Assembly (NCBI GenBank): GCA_964016885.1
Contig: OZ024753.1
Span: forward strand, 1,798,001 to 1,862,000
Source: Eledone cirrhosa
Taxonomy: Eukaryota
Length of the DNA stretch: 64,000 nt
Direction of reading: 5' to 3'
In this document: piece after piece, positions 46,339 through 59,013 of the stretch
Layout of the letters: each line of letters opens with the position of its first letter
Numbering within the stretch: position 1 is the first letter of the stretch
The notes under the pieces: model-generated
Database searches by the model: none
Seen by the model: the letters and a program-made list of their open reading frames with translations, nothing else
Told to the model about the DNA's origin: nothing
Translations under genes and position numbers: made by a program

Positions 46339-49300
46339 AATATATAGATATAACTATATATATATGCTAACAAATTAGCTTTTAAATCTGTCAATGAGAT
46401 CAATGGGTGTGAAATAAAAATTGAAAAATATATAGAAAATACAATGAAATAAATAAATATATAAAATTGAAAATGTGTCAATAACAACAAAAACAATAAA
46501 ATATTGCAAGAAATCTCTGATAATAATAATAATCCTCAAACAAACAAAATATTTTAAATATATCAAAATTAAACATTCCAAAATAGAGTGTTAAAAGGAA
46601 TGAATAAAATAAACATGTAGTTAATATGTTAAATAATTATAAATTTATCACACTACACATAACAGAGGCCAGTGGAGTCATGTGTCTTGTCTAAGATTGA
46701 AAGATTGTGCAAAACAGTGCCTTTCCTTTCATTGGCAACATGCTCTGTATTTCGACAAGACAAATTTAATTGGTTCGTTCTACTGAGCTGTAAATTGGTT
46801 CAAGCAGAAGTCATGTATGATAAACATAGGTTTCTGTTTTAGCCATCATGGGACACCCTCTCCCACTCTTTATGGGGAAAAAACTCCACTGAAGCCTTGT
46901 TTAGGCAATTCTAACATTTACATTGCAAAATTGGACACGAGTTGAATGAATTATGCATTTGTCTGCAATGTAAAACAAAATATACGATAAAAGTGTTTGG
47001 TAATCCTACATTTAAAACCCAATCAGTTGACTCAGTCTCTCCCTCACATACACACTATCATCTACAGTAACAGCACTCACTAAACAATGAAGTAAACCCT
47101 AGTATTTTTACATACTCATAACATCTAAATCTTTCTCAATAAATTCTCTGCTGGAAGCATTTCACTACTAACCAACTTGTGACTGCTTTTATTTCTTTTA
47201 AACAAAACCTGTTTTGAAGTGTGCATATTCAAATTAAAATCTTTCATTGATATTTTATATAAGAAGATTTTCTTAAGTTCTGTTCCAAACAGCAGCTTTA
47301 TAATAAAAAGAGAAGTCATTTTAAAACATTCTATCAACTTTTCCACTATTTTCAAAATGTGTTTAAAATGACAGGCAATTTGAGAATATGAGAGTCACAA
47401 ACGCATAAAATAACTATAACAACAGTCAATCACTATAAATATTTTAGGTTAATTCACTCAATTTTCTCATCTATTATCTATAGTGAACAGCTATTAATAC
47501 AATTATTTTCAGCATTTGAGACTCTCACATTTCCTGTTTGAAATTTTTACATCTTGGAACCAACAAATCTCTACAATGAAAACATTTGTGACCTTATGGG
47601 TACAACATTATTTAACAGCTCTTTTATTGCTTATTTCCAAGCTGAAGTAGAACTGACCAAGCTGAAGTAGAACTGACCAAGCTACTCAACAATAACTGTG
47701 AAACAAGAAGATAATCTTTTAGATTTTTCTATATATACCTCTCATTACAAAGGACCAATTGAATTGATTCAGAAACTTTATGAAGAAAACCAATAACTTT
47801 AATCATATTGGAGGTGAAGTTTAATGAATTTAATCACATCCCTGTGTTTCACCGATACATATTTTATCAGCCACAGGAGAATGGCCAGCAACATGTGTCA
47901 CAGAGAAAGGTAGGTGGCAGAGAGAACTGTAAATTAATGTTTTCTAATCTAGGCACAAGAACTGCAATTTAGGAGGAGGGGAAAGCCATTTAAATCGACC
48001 TCAGTGAGCGACTAGTACTTTATTTTATCAATTTGTAAGGATGAAAGGCAAAGCTAACCTCCGTGAGATTTGAACTCAGAACATAAAGGGCTGTTATTCT
48101 ATGCCTGCGAAGCATGTTGTCCGATGTTCTACTGATACTGTCAATCCAATGTTTTCTAATCTAGGCACAAGAACTGCAATTTTATTGACTTCACTGATAC
48201 TTTATTTTATCAACCATGGAAGGATGAAAGGCAAAGTTGACCTCAGCAGGATTTGAACTTAGAAAGTAAAGAGCAGGAACAAATGCTATAAAGCAGTTTA
48301 TCCAATGCTCTAACAATTCTGTCAATCCACCACCTTTTATTAATCACTGTTTCACTGACATTCAATGGCTGAGATTAACGTCCCTATGTTTGTTGTCTTT
48401 ACAACAGCTCTTCCTATTTGTTTGGACAATGTTTGTGGAACAGGGAAGAGATATTGCAGTAACAACAAAAACAACACCGGTACATTACCCAGTAGCATAA
48501 AAGACTAATAACAGAGACAGATACAACTGCCATATGTAGTAGAATAATTAGACAGCTCAAGGTATTCCAGGCAAATCAGCTAGCAATAAGGAGAAATATC
48601 ACATGGATTTCAAGCAGTTAGGTCACAACCTGTCACCAAACAATGTCAACAGAGATATCAAGAATGTTAGAATGACAGTCTATATCCATTACAAACTAAA
48701 AGTAAGTTTTAGGATAACAACACCTAGCCAACCCACATGTTGCTTGGTTGTTATTTTTAGGGTTGTAGTTTGATATTTTAGACTACTTTACCATCTGTTT
48801 TAACCTTTCTGATACCAACCCACCTGAAACCGCCCCTGGTTCAATACTAGAATAGAGGATGGTGAAGGAAACATGCTGTTCTACAGTTCTCCCATATACC
48901 CTTGTCTTTGATGGCTAAAACAAAGCTAAGGAATAAAGAATAAGATAGATTGCAGTAACCCACTAGGGTATAATTTATCTCTACCTGGATTGATACTCCT
49001 TTATCACAGGTAATGCAATAAATTTAGCACTGAAAACCAATGAATTATTCATTAATTTTAATGTGAAGTTTTATTTATAATGGTTGTAAATATAAACATA
49101 GGCATATAAACACACACACACAACACACACACACACATACATAGATATACACATGGAGCTTTCACAGTTTTTGCCTTCCAAATTTCTCTCGCAAGGTATA
49201 GGTCAACCTGAAGCTATAATAGAAGAGACTTGCCCAAGAAACCATATAGTGAAAGTGAACTTAAACCCACATGATTGCAAAGCAAACCTTTCAATCACAC

Positions 49301-49730
49301 AGCCATGCTTGGAGCTAAAAGTAGTGACAATTTAAGACGGAGAATTAAAAATCTATCGTCTACACTACAACTATTTTTTTCGCCACTTTAAATAAAATAA
49401 AATGAATGTAAAAAAAACATGCTGATAAACTTTAGTACTTGCTCAGTAGAAGACATACAAAATCCTGACATATGAAATCAAAGTTTACAGAAATACTATA
49501 TATATATAAATATATATATAATATAATATAATATAATATAAAAGTAATGAAGATTGCTGATATTAAGTCAACGTTCTCCAGCCAACGTCAAACTTACTCA
49601 ATGAATCTGCTGAATTGCAGTAATGCAGTTGCAATCAGCTGTTCAGAGTGCACACATTTAGTTAATAGCAGATACGGTGACTGTGTTTTGGTAGAGATAA
49701 AGGTAAAAATCTCAACTCCCGGACAATATC

Positions 49731-49775
<45 letters not shown>

Positions 49776-50143
49776 AACAAACGTGTTAAGAAAATAAATT
49801 TATTAGAGTTAGGAAGCTCAGCCACAGAAAATAACTGCAATTACTGTCAGTTGCTCTAAAATAACTTCTAAGACCCTTCGAGACAAAAAAAATGTTGCCT
49901 GTGTCCACTAAGAAGAATCAAACTGTATTTCCCAGAAGCTGGTTAGGAGCTCTCACCATTGAACTAGGGGTGAGGACACCTAGCTGGTTACTGGGAGATA
50001 TGGAGTTCAATCCTTCATAGCTGCTGCTGGCAACATTTTTCTGTCTCTAAGTGTCTTTACTTGATTTTCATAAGCAACTTTATAGTAACTGACTGTAATT
50101 GCTGTTATTTTCTGTGTCTGAGCATCCTACATTTTCTTTTATA

Positions 50144-50196
<53 letters not shown>

Positions 50197-50408
50197 ATAT
50201 GTGTATGTGTGTGAATAAAGAAATTAAGTATAACATTCGTTTATTATGTAATGGCCATTTCAATACCCATCCCCCTCTTAGTTGAATTACATCATGCATG
50301 ATTTCTACAATGTTAATTGCAAAATGTATTCTGTTGGACTGAAGAGATGGAACATCAGACTAGTAAACTGAATGAAATTCACTAGTGATATACATACATA
50401 CATACATA

Positions 50409-50506
50409 CAGAATGTGTCCAAAAAGTGTATACACACCGATTACCTGTACAGGCAATATTTAATAGAATGCTGTTGCAGAAGGTATACAATTTTTGGGAC
50501 ACCCTG
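50409..50506. mobile_element. ~100-bp Tc1/mariner-like MITE (reverse copy)
   Basis: TA-flanked; reverse complement of 33927-34026. Confidence 0.8.
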
Positions 50507-50508
50507 TA

Positions 50509-50555
<47 letters not shown>

Positions 50556-50605
50556 CTTATGTAGATAAAATGGATAAAACAGTTTGAGGCATAGATATAT
50601 TAGCA

Positions 50606-50653
<48 letters not shown>

Positions 50654-52699
50654 TACTGGGGTATATATTTCTGCAAACTAGCCAACTTCATGTATATATA
50701 TTTATTTTTTTGTGTGAAGGTACATGGCTTTGTGGTTAGGGTATTTGGATCAAAGTCATGCGTTTGATACCCAGCAGTACATTGTGTTCCTGAACAAAAT
50801 ACTATATTTCAGGTTGCTACAGTCTTCAAAGAAGCAGCCTTATCACACACTATGTTATGCTGAAACTCCCTGAGAACTATGTTAAGGATGTACGTGCCAG
50901 TGAAATACTCAACCATAAGTACATTAATTTCCTAAGCAGGTTATTGATCAAACAACTGGAACACTTGTTAGTGGGACTGATCGAGGTCCAACAACAACAT
51001 TTATTTTTATATATCTATACCTCAAACCTTTTTGGTTCACTTTATGTACATAATATAAAGCTCTAAACATTAGTTTATTGAGCACTCTTATAGACTGCAT
51101 TCGAATGCATTTCTTGATGTACTTTAAAATAGTGCAAATGGACCAGCATTCAAATAAAGGTCAATGCAAGATGTGTGAATCACTTGAAGCATAAACACAT
51201 CAGCGCTCAATATATATATAAATATATACCATACCTCTTTATTAATAGAATGAAAACTGTATGTATGTATATATACATACATACATACATACATACAGAG
51301 TGAGAAAAGAACCAAAATAAAACCATATTCAAGAGGTATCTGAAAAATAGCATAGAAGGATGCAATGCAAAGTTGACTTTGCCAGGACTTGAACTCGGAA
51401 CATAAACAACTGGACTAAATACAGCAAAACCTTTTATTCGATGTTCTAAATATTCTGCCAATCTAATAGGCATAAAGCCATACATTTGAGGTGAGGGGTT
51501 AGTCAATTAAATCCATCATAGTAGTTGATAGCTACTTTATTTTATTAACTCCAGGATAATGAAAAGCAAAGTTAATCTCAGTAGGATTTGGACTCAAAAT
51601 GTAAAGAGCCACAAAAAATACCACAAGGCATTTTATCCAACACTATCTTTACCAGTTCCATAATAATTCATTAGCCAAAAGACAAAAAATAAAGTGTAAG
51701 TAAAGTTTCTTTTGTCTGGATGCAAGGTCCATTTTTATAGGTTTAAACAACAATATCAAATATTGACTTCAAAAGAAAACTAAGTCACCCATGGCAGGAT
51801 ATTTACTCAGCAGTTTGAGGCTGATATTTTACAGAATAAACCCATAGATTTGAGATGCCACTCTGTATAAATTAATTTAAATTAACTAATTACACTGTAT
51901 GTATGTATGTATGTATGGACCTGTAAGTCCTGATGGACTCGTAGGGGTGCCTTAGTGATATATAGTATCTCTTGGGCATTTTAAATATGGCAGAGCCCAT
52001 CTCCTTTTCAGGTCTGAACACACACCCTTTCTCTGAAAGAAATTGGCTAATTGAGAGGAAGTGAGAAAAAGATATAGAGAAAGAATTGATCCCAGTACTA
52101 GACTGGTACTTTTTTATCAACCCTGAGAGGATGAAAAGCAAAGTTGATCTTGGCGTTTTTTTTAACTCAGAGTGCAAAAAGCAGGAACAAATACTGCAAA
52201 GTATTCTATTCGACATTCTGACTAGAAAATGACTGTCTTTGTTAACACACCAGTCATTTATTTTATGAGACATTTGAAGCTACATAATATAGATTTTATA
52301 AAAATGTCCAATCTTAATCAGAGCCATCGTTAATACTTTAATAATCATCATTATCACCTTGATAATGACGATCATCATGTCTTACATTGTTATAAGACAA
52401 AATTAATAAATTTATTAAACACAGAGTGCAGAGAGCCAAAACAAGGTATTTTGTTTTATGCTTTAATGACTCTGCAAATTCATCTTTATGACTGGATGGT
52501 CATCCTATCACCACCAGTACAGATTATAATAGATGTGTGTCAGTACATTTCTGAAATCTAATACAAGCCCTCATTTAAAAAAAATAACTATTAATGTGAG
52601 AGTTGGAACAAACACCACAAGGCATTTTGATCTATGATCTAATGACTGCCAAATAATGTTTGTTTGGTGGGAATTTACCACAACAGCACAGTATCCACT

Positions 52700-52925
52700 C
52701 ATAATAATAATAAAAATGATTTTTACTATAGGCACAAGGCCAGTAATTTTGGTGGAGGGGAAAGTCAATTAAATCAACTCCAGTGTATTACTGGTACTTT
52801 AGTTTATCGACGCCCATAAGGATGAAAGGCAAAGCTAACCTCGGCAGGATTTGAACTCAGAACATAATGGTCCGTAACTGAATCCTGCAAAGCATTGTAT
52901 CCAATGCTCTACTGATTTTGCCAAA
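52700..52925 (-). mobile_element. Representative copy of a second abundant SINE family (further copies at about 1205, 2800, 3825, 26540, 32040, 36740, 47940-48330, 51350-51650, 52090, 53495-53900, 55960, 58070-58460, 60560, 61100, 62140)
   Basis: Recurrent GGCACAAGGCCAGCAATT...CTGGTACTTTATTTTATCGAC...GGATGAAAGGCAAAGTTGACCTCGGCAGGATTTGAACTCAG; B box on the opposite strand, (TTA)n tail. Confidence 0.85.
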
Positions 52926-52934
52926 TAATAATAA

Positions 52935-53476
52935 AGGTGTCACGATAAAGTGTGCTTACATCTCTATTGGTCTTTATGCAAGAAATATGGATTTGCAACC
53001 ACTTAGAAATGGTATCAGCACAAACCAGAGAAGGTCTTAGAAAATCAGACTGAAACTCATGGGCTTTGTAATCCAGACAGATAGAGTTCTTGAAAATACA
53101 AGGCCAGATATAACTTAGGTGGAAAAGGGTAGTGAAAGAAGGTGTTTGTTGATTGATGTAGCTTGCCCAGGAGATCATTACACCAATGAAAAAGAACAAG
53201 AGAAAATTGTAAAGTATACAGACTTGTGAATAGATGTTGAGAAAATGTGGAATATGAAAGCAAAAGTGGTACCAATTGTGACTGGAGCACTTGGGTCAGT
53301 GACAGAAAATCTCCAAAAAACCTTGATAGAACTGGAATCAATCCCAGTATTACAACATTGCAAAAAATAACACTTCTAGGAACAGCAAATATCCTGCAGA
53401 AAGTACTGTCTATCTGAGGTTACATAACTTGATAGGGAGTCAATTAAATGATCCCGTGTTAATAAGATCATCACTG
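52935..53476 (+). mobile_element. 3' fragment of an R4/Dong-like non-LTR retrotransposon (restriction-like endonuclease)
   Basis: HDKVCLHLYWSLCK...WYQHKPEKVLEN...IQTDRVLENTRPDI...LIDVACP...EKIVKY...PIVTGALG...LQKITLLGTANILQKVLSI*; flanked by (AAT)n. Confidence 0.85.
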
Positions 53477-53989
53477 AATAATAATGATAATAATGGTTTC
53501 TGATTTAGGCACAAGGCCAGCAATTTTTGGGGGGAGGGGAAAGACGATTAAGTCAATCCCAATGCATTACCAATGCTTTATTTTATTGACCCCATAAGGA
53601 TGAAAGGCAAAGTTGATTTCGGAGGGATTTGAATTCTGAATGTAAAGAGTTGGAATAAATATTGATTATCCTTTGTCCGACTAACAATTCTGCCAACCCA
53701 CCGCCATAATAATAATAATAATAATAATAATTTAGGCAAGATGCCAGAAATTTGTCAGATGGGGCAAGTCAATTATACCAGCCCAAGTAAGGATGAAAGA
53801 CAAAGTTGACTTAGGCAGGATTTGAACTCAGAACATAAAGTGCCATAACTAAATACCTCAAAGCATTTTATGTCCAATGTTCTAACAATTCAGCCAAGCC
53901 ACTACCCTGCACTATTATTATTATTATTAAATGTTATCTTCCTCATTGCACAATGTTGATATTTACTACCAATATTTTTCTTCTTACCA

Positions 53990-54605
53990 TCAGGCTTCAT
54001 CTACCATACTCTGAACGCCTTGCTTCCCTGGGCATGGATTCATTGAAGCTCCGACGTCTGGCAATGGACTTGGTGAATACCCACAAAGTTTTTAACCATC
54101 TCGCCAACTGCAACCCTGAGCGCCTCTTTGATCTCCATGTGTCTAACACACGTGGACATGCCTACAAGATAAGAAAACAGCACAGCTCCCATGACTTTCG
54201 CAGACATTTTTTCACGCTCAGAGTTGCTGAAGCATGGAACAAACTGCCTGCGTCAATTGTTAGCTGCCGAGACACTGCATCCTTTAAGACACTCATGCTT
54301 CCCGAAATACGCCAAAACTACACCTGATGTACCCCTTCCATACACATGCACACATGTGTGTATCATGACTCGTGCACTGTTCATTTTACTGATGTTTGTG
54401 CATTGCCCTATGTACTGTACATGCACTTTTTTGATGAGTTGTGGTGCATCTGGGCACTGTACACAATATTTCATTATTGTTATTGTATCATGACTCATAC
54501 ACTTCATTTTCCTGACATTTGTACATTATTCTATGTACTATACATGCACCTTTGATGAGTTGTAGTGCACCCGAGCACTGTACACAATTTCATTATTATT
54601 ATTAT
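53990..54605 (+). mobile_element. 3' end of a CR1-group LINE with duplicated 3' UTR and (TTA)n tail
   Basis: PYSERLASLGMDSLKLRRLAMDL...TRGHAYKI...FFTLRVAEAWNKLP...FK; ~115-bp UTR segment repeated at about 54362-54483 and 54487-54605. Confidence 0.88.
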
Positions 54606-56235
54606 TATCTCAGAGCTTATATGATAAGATTTGCTTTTTACTCTTCTAAGTGGTATCCATCACTTTTCTAATTAGTCTGGCAAATTATTATTATTATTAT
54701 TATTACAATAATAATAATGGGGATAATGGCTTCTTTGGTGCAAAGTTAATTGTTTATTTCATTGAGCCCAGAAGAGAAGTAAAGTTTACCCAGGTGAGAT
54801 TTATCTTCAGAATGTAGATGGATGTACTTAAATACTGCAAAGCAGTTTGTCCATTGCTTTACCAATTCTGCCAATTTACCACCCTTAAAATAAAAGTGAT
54901 GATAATGATGAGAATGATAATGAGGATGATGATGACAATGATAATTTCTTTGATTTTCACACGGCCACCCTTTTACAGGGTATAGGTATAATCAGTTGAA
55001 AACTGTATATCTATCAATTCAGTGACCCCTTCGAAGCACCCTGCTTGACATGAGCTCAGAACCATAAGACAATGAGGCCCTTTGTCAAAAATGACAATTC
55101 TTTATTAATTATAGAGAATTATAGAGAATGCCACATTGAAGCCATTGATAAATTTCTGAACTAATGACTTCACACTTTGTATTTAACTCTTAATATCCTG
55201 TACCACAACCACATGAAACCACATTCACAAAAAGAATTCTTGAAAAGTCCAAAACAGCATTATCATTGCATCATATTGAAATATGAGTGTTCCAGTTGTT
55301 GTTTGATCAACAAAATAACCTGCTCATGAAATTAACTGGCTGACCATTCCACAGACATGTGTACTCTTAACATAATACTCATGGTGATTCAGCATAACAC
55401 AGTGTGTGTGGCAAGGCATATCACTTACCTTCCTGCATTCTGCAGAGTGCATCCTGTGCATTTTATTGTGACACCAGCACTAGGGAAGCGGTCATATATT
55501 TGACACAACCAAAGAGTCCTCTTGACTCTTTGTTTGGCAAGTTGTCTGTGGTTGGATTTCCTTCGAATCACCAACTACTATACAAAGTGTACTGGGTGTG
55601 TTTATCATATCACTAACACTATTGAGGTTATGTCCTGGACACAACAGAAGAGCTCTTCCAACCTTTTTGGCATAGTTTGTACAGTTGGATATGCTTTCTA
55701 TCTCCATTTACCTAACAGCCTGTACGGGGTGCATTTTTCAGGGCATCAGCCCTCAACTGAAGAGCCACCTCTACTCTAAGGGGGGAGGGGTAAGAAGAAA
55801 CATAAGTACAGTGTCATGAGTGTATGGCAGGTAGAAAAGGTGAGAGAATATGTCATGGGTGAGATTTGACTGGGTGATTGTATACACATTTTATCTGGCA
55901 CTCCATCACTTCTACCACTCCACCCAACCATCTATTTTTATTTCTATCTTTAGAAATAATGATTTCTAATTTAGGCACAAGGCCAGCAATTTTGTGGGGG
56001 AGGGGAAAGTTGATTAAATTGATCCCTGTATTTGATTGGTACTTTATTTTATCAACTTTAGAAGGATGAAAGACAAATTTGAACTCAGAGTGTAAAGAGA
56101 TATAACTGAAAGATGTAAAGTATTCTGTCTGATGCTCTAATGACTGCCAATTCACCATCTCTCACTTTAGAATTAATAAAATCTTGCAGAATCCATGGAA
56201 ATTCCACGTTTTATAATTTTTCCTATTTCTACTTC

Positions 56236-56395
56236 CCAGCCCACGCTGTAAAGTGGTCGTGTAGGCATCACGACAAAAAGCACCCAGCACACACTGTAAA
56301 GTGGTCGTGTAGGTGTCACGACAAAAAGCACCCAGCATACACTGTAAAGTGGTCGTGTAGGTGTCACGACAAAAAGCACCCAGCACACACTGTAA
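56236..56395. repeat. 48-bp tandem repeat internal to a SINE
   Basis: CACCCAGCACACACTGTAAAGTGGTCGTGTAGGTGTCACGACAAAAAG, about 3.3 copies. Confidence 0.9.
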
Positions 56396-56779
56396 ATGTG
56401 GGTAGGCATTAGGAAGGGCATCCAGTCATAGATACCAAACCAGAAACAGTTCTGTATGAGCTCGACATGATCACCTGACCTGACTTTCCTCAAATGGGTC
56501 TAACTCATGCTAGCATGGAAAATAGATGTTAAACGATGATGATGATGATGTATATATTTAAAACATTTTTTATGTTAAATCTTCATTTTCTTTTCAATAT
56601 TTAAGATTATATATTTTCTTTCTTTCCGCCTCTTTGACCATGGTCATCTCTCCCACAAACACTTATCTCTCCCCCATCCTCCTCCTTTGCTGCCTTACTA
56701 TCTACCTATCTGATTACATCAAATGACAACAACAACAATAACAACAACAATGATAATAATAATAAAAATAATAAACAAA

Positions 56780-56950
56780 TAGGGATTGCAATACAGATGG
56801 AACACTTACAAAAAACAGCATTGCTTGGAACAGCTTGAATACTCTAGAGGGTACTCGAAAAATAAGGGGTGTAACCTCAGTTCACTGGTAGGGAACTGCT
56901 AACACTATAATACATCTCCAGCATTTGACACTGAATGAAAAAAAACACTA
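56780..56950 (+). mobile_element. Short 3' remnant of an R4/Dong-like element
   Basis: EHLQKTALLGTA*IL*RVLEK* between (AAT)n tracts. Confidence 0.7.
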
Positions 56951-56984
56951 ATAATAATGAAAATATTCTTCCAAATCAAAGAAT

Positions 56985-57340
56985 CATTTCCAATACTTGA
57001 TAATATATCTCTATTCGAAACTGAAAAAGTATCCAGATATAAAGATCTGGAAATAAAGACAATCAGAATGCGGGCGATTGAAAACGGAAGCAATCCCTAA
57101 AATTATATATGTCTTGGGAATGATTAAAAATTGCAGATAATTACATAAGCCAAAATCCCAAGACTTACAAATATGTGCAATATACAGAAAATAGTGCTAC
57201 TAGGCACTGCACACACACATTACATAGAGTATTATCAAAAACAGTAGAAAATACAAGACCAACAAAAAACATTTCACATACCCAAGGCACACAGAGTTGT
57301 GCTTGGCAGTTCAATAAAAAGACAAAATTAAAACTAAAAA
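56985..57340 (+). mobile_element. 3' remnant of an R4/Dong-like element
   Basis: ETEKVSRYKDLEIK...NIQKIVLLGTAH.LHRVLS, with frameshifts. Confidence 0.72.
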
Positions 57341-58202
57341 GAAAAGTGTCTATCCCAAGCCTGGTGGCTTATATTTGGCAGAGTTCAAGACTTCCCTCTG
57401 GACAGAATTCTAGTCTATCGCAAGGTTAAACCCCAGCTATTGCTGGTACTCATTTTCAGCTGAGTGGACTGGAATAATAATAATAATGATAATAATAATA
57501 ATAATGAAAATAATAAATTTTAAACATTGGCAATAGGCCACATATTTTGGGGTAGGAGAAGGTCAAGTCGATTTAACCCTTTAAACCCTGTTCACAAGAT
57601 TATCTTGTGACAAATGAAAGCGCAAAGTGAATGTTTTAGAGTTTATAAACTTGTCTGGTTCTCACTTCATCAAGCACATTATGATGAAAAGCAAGATTGA
57701 ATTGAGTAGGAATTACATTTAGAAAACAAAGGGACTTAACTTGATACTTCAAAGTATTTAAGTCAGCAGTGAAATGTTTCTGCCGGATACATTTCTGAAA
57801 TTATCCCACAGCAACCAATTTGTAAAGAGGGAGGAATAGTTGAATTCCTTAACCCCAATATATGACAAGATACATATTTTAATGATGTCAGGGGTTGGGA
57901 GTAACAAGGATAACGAGCTAAATCGACTTTGGCCATATTTGATGTGACTGAATGTGTTTAACAAAGTAAATTGGTGTCTGGAGCTCTGCAATTTCTGCTC
58001 CATTCTTCACCCTAGCACCTCATTTAATAATTCAATAACAACAATAACAACAACAATGTTATTAATAATGATTTCTAATTTAAGCACAAGACCAGCAATT
58101 TGTGAGGAAGTGAAAGTCGATAACAATTTCAGTACATTACTGGTTGTTTATTCTATTGGTCCTTAAAGGAAGGAAGACAAAGTTGACTTTGGCAGGATTT
58201 AA

Positions 58203-58310
58203 CCTTTAAACCGCTATCGTCAACAAATTGCGACAATAGAGTGATCTCCCCTACATACATAATGCAGTGTCAAGGGAAGCAATTCATTAAAAAATTCAGT
58301 GTGCTGAAGG
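58203..58310. mobile_element. Short TTAA-flanked MITE-like insertion inside a SINE
   Basis: SINE motif GGATTT(G)AACTCAG is split as GGATTTAA-CCTT...AAGG-TTAA-ACTCAG. Confidence 0.65.
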
Positions 58311-58800
58311 TTAAACTCAGAATTGGCTCAAAGTCTGTCAAGGTTAACTTTGCTTTTCATCCTCCTGGGGGTCGATAAAATAAAGTACTAGTAAAATACT
58401 GTGGTTGATATAATCAACTTAACCTTCCCCTAAATTGCTGGGTATGTACCTAAATTAGAAATCAACAATAAAAGTAATAACAACAACAAAAGCAGCAGCA
58501 ACAGCAGCAACAACAACAATAGTGTTCACTGCTGTGAATATACCAATGAGATTGCATGCATTAGAGCATTGGGGGGAGGTTGGATTAGATTTGTTTCAGT
58601 TTCTCAGAGGCAATGGTAATGGTGGTGGTGGTGATGATGATGGTGGTGGTGATGGTTTGTGGAGGGGGTAGTGGCGGTGGTAATAGTGATATTGGCAGTG
58701 GTGTCGGTGATGGTGGCAGCAGTGGTGAATGGTGGTGGTGGTGGTGGTGGTGATTGGTGATCATGGAATAATGCTATGATATATATATATATATCTATGT

Positions 58801-59013
58801 CTACTGAATAGAACATGGAGGTGAACCGAGTGCTGCATCGTGCTGGTGGAGGGCATGGCGGGAGGGCATATGGCTGACAACGTGGGTGGTGGTGGTGGCA
58901 CTACTGCTGCCGGATTGTCCTGAAGTGCCGGCATTTGCCGAGCTCCCAGCAGCGGCCCCGGCAGCTGTTCCGCTGCCACTACCACCCCCTCCAGCCGCCC
59001 TATCCAAGTCTAG
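58801..59013 (-). CDS. Putative stop-codon readthrough extension of Kv-beta (70 codons + TAG), ending in CaaX motif CSIQ
   Basis: In frame directly after TGA-CTAG: LDLDRAAGGGGSGSGTAAGAAAGSSANAGTSGQSGSSSATTTTHVVSHMPSRHALHQHDAALGSPPCSIQ*; GC-rich, with (TA)n starting just after the TAG. Confidence 0.65.
   Translation of the reverse strand, partial: LDLDRAAGGGGSGSGTAAGAAAGSSANAGTSGQSGSSSATTTTHVVSHMPSRHALHQHDAALGSPPCSIQ

Noticed and set aside
58604-58816. ORF with poly-Pro, Thr and His downstream of the Kv-beta extension
   Set aside because: Different frame, crosses a (TA)n run and is made of CAC/CAT trinucleotide repeats; most likely 3' UTR
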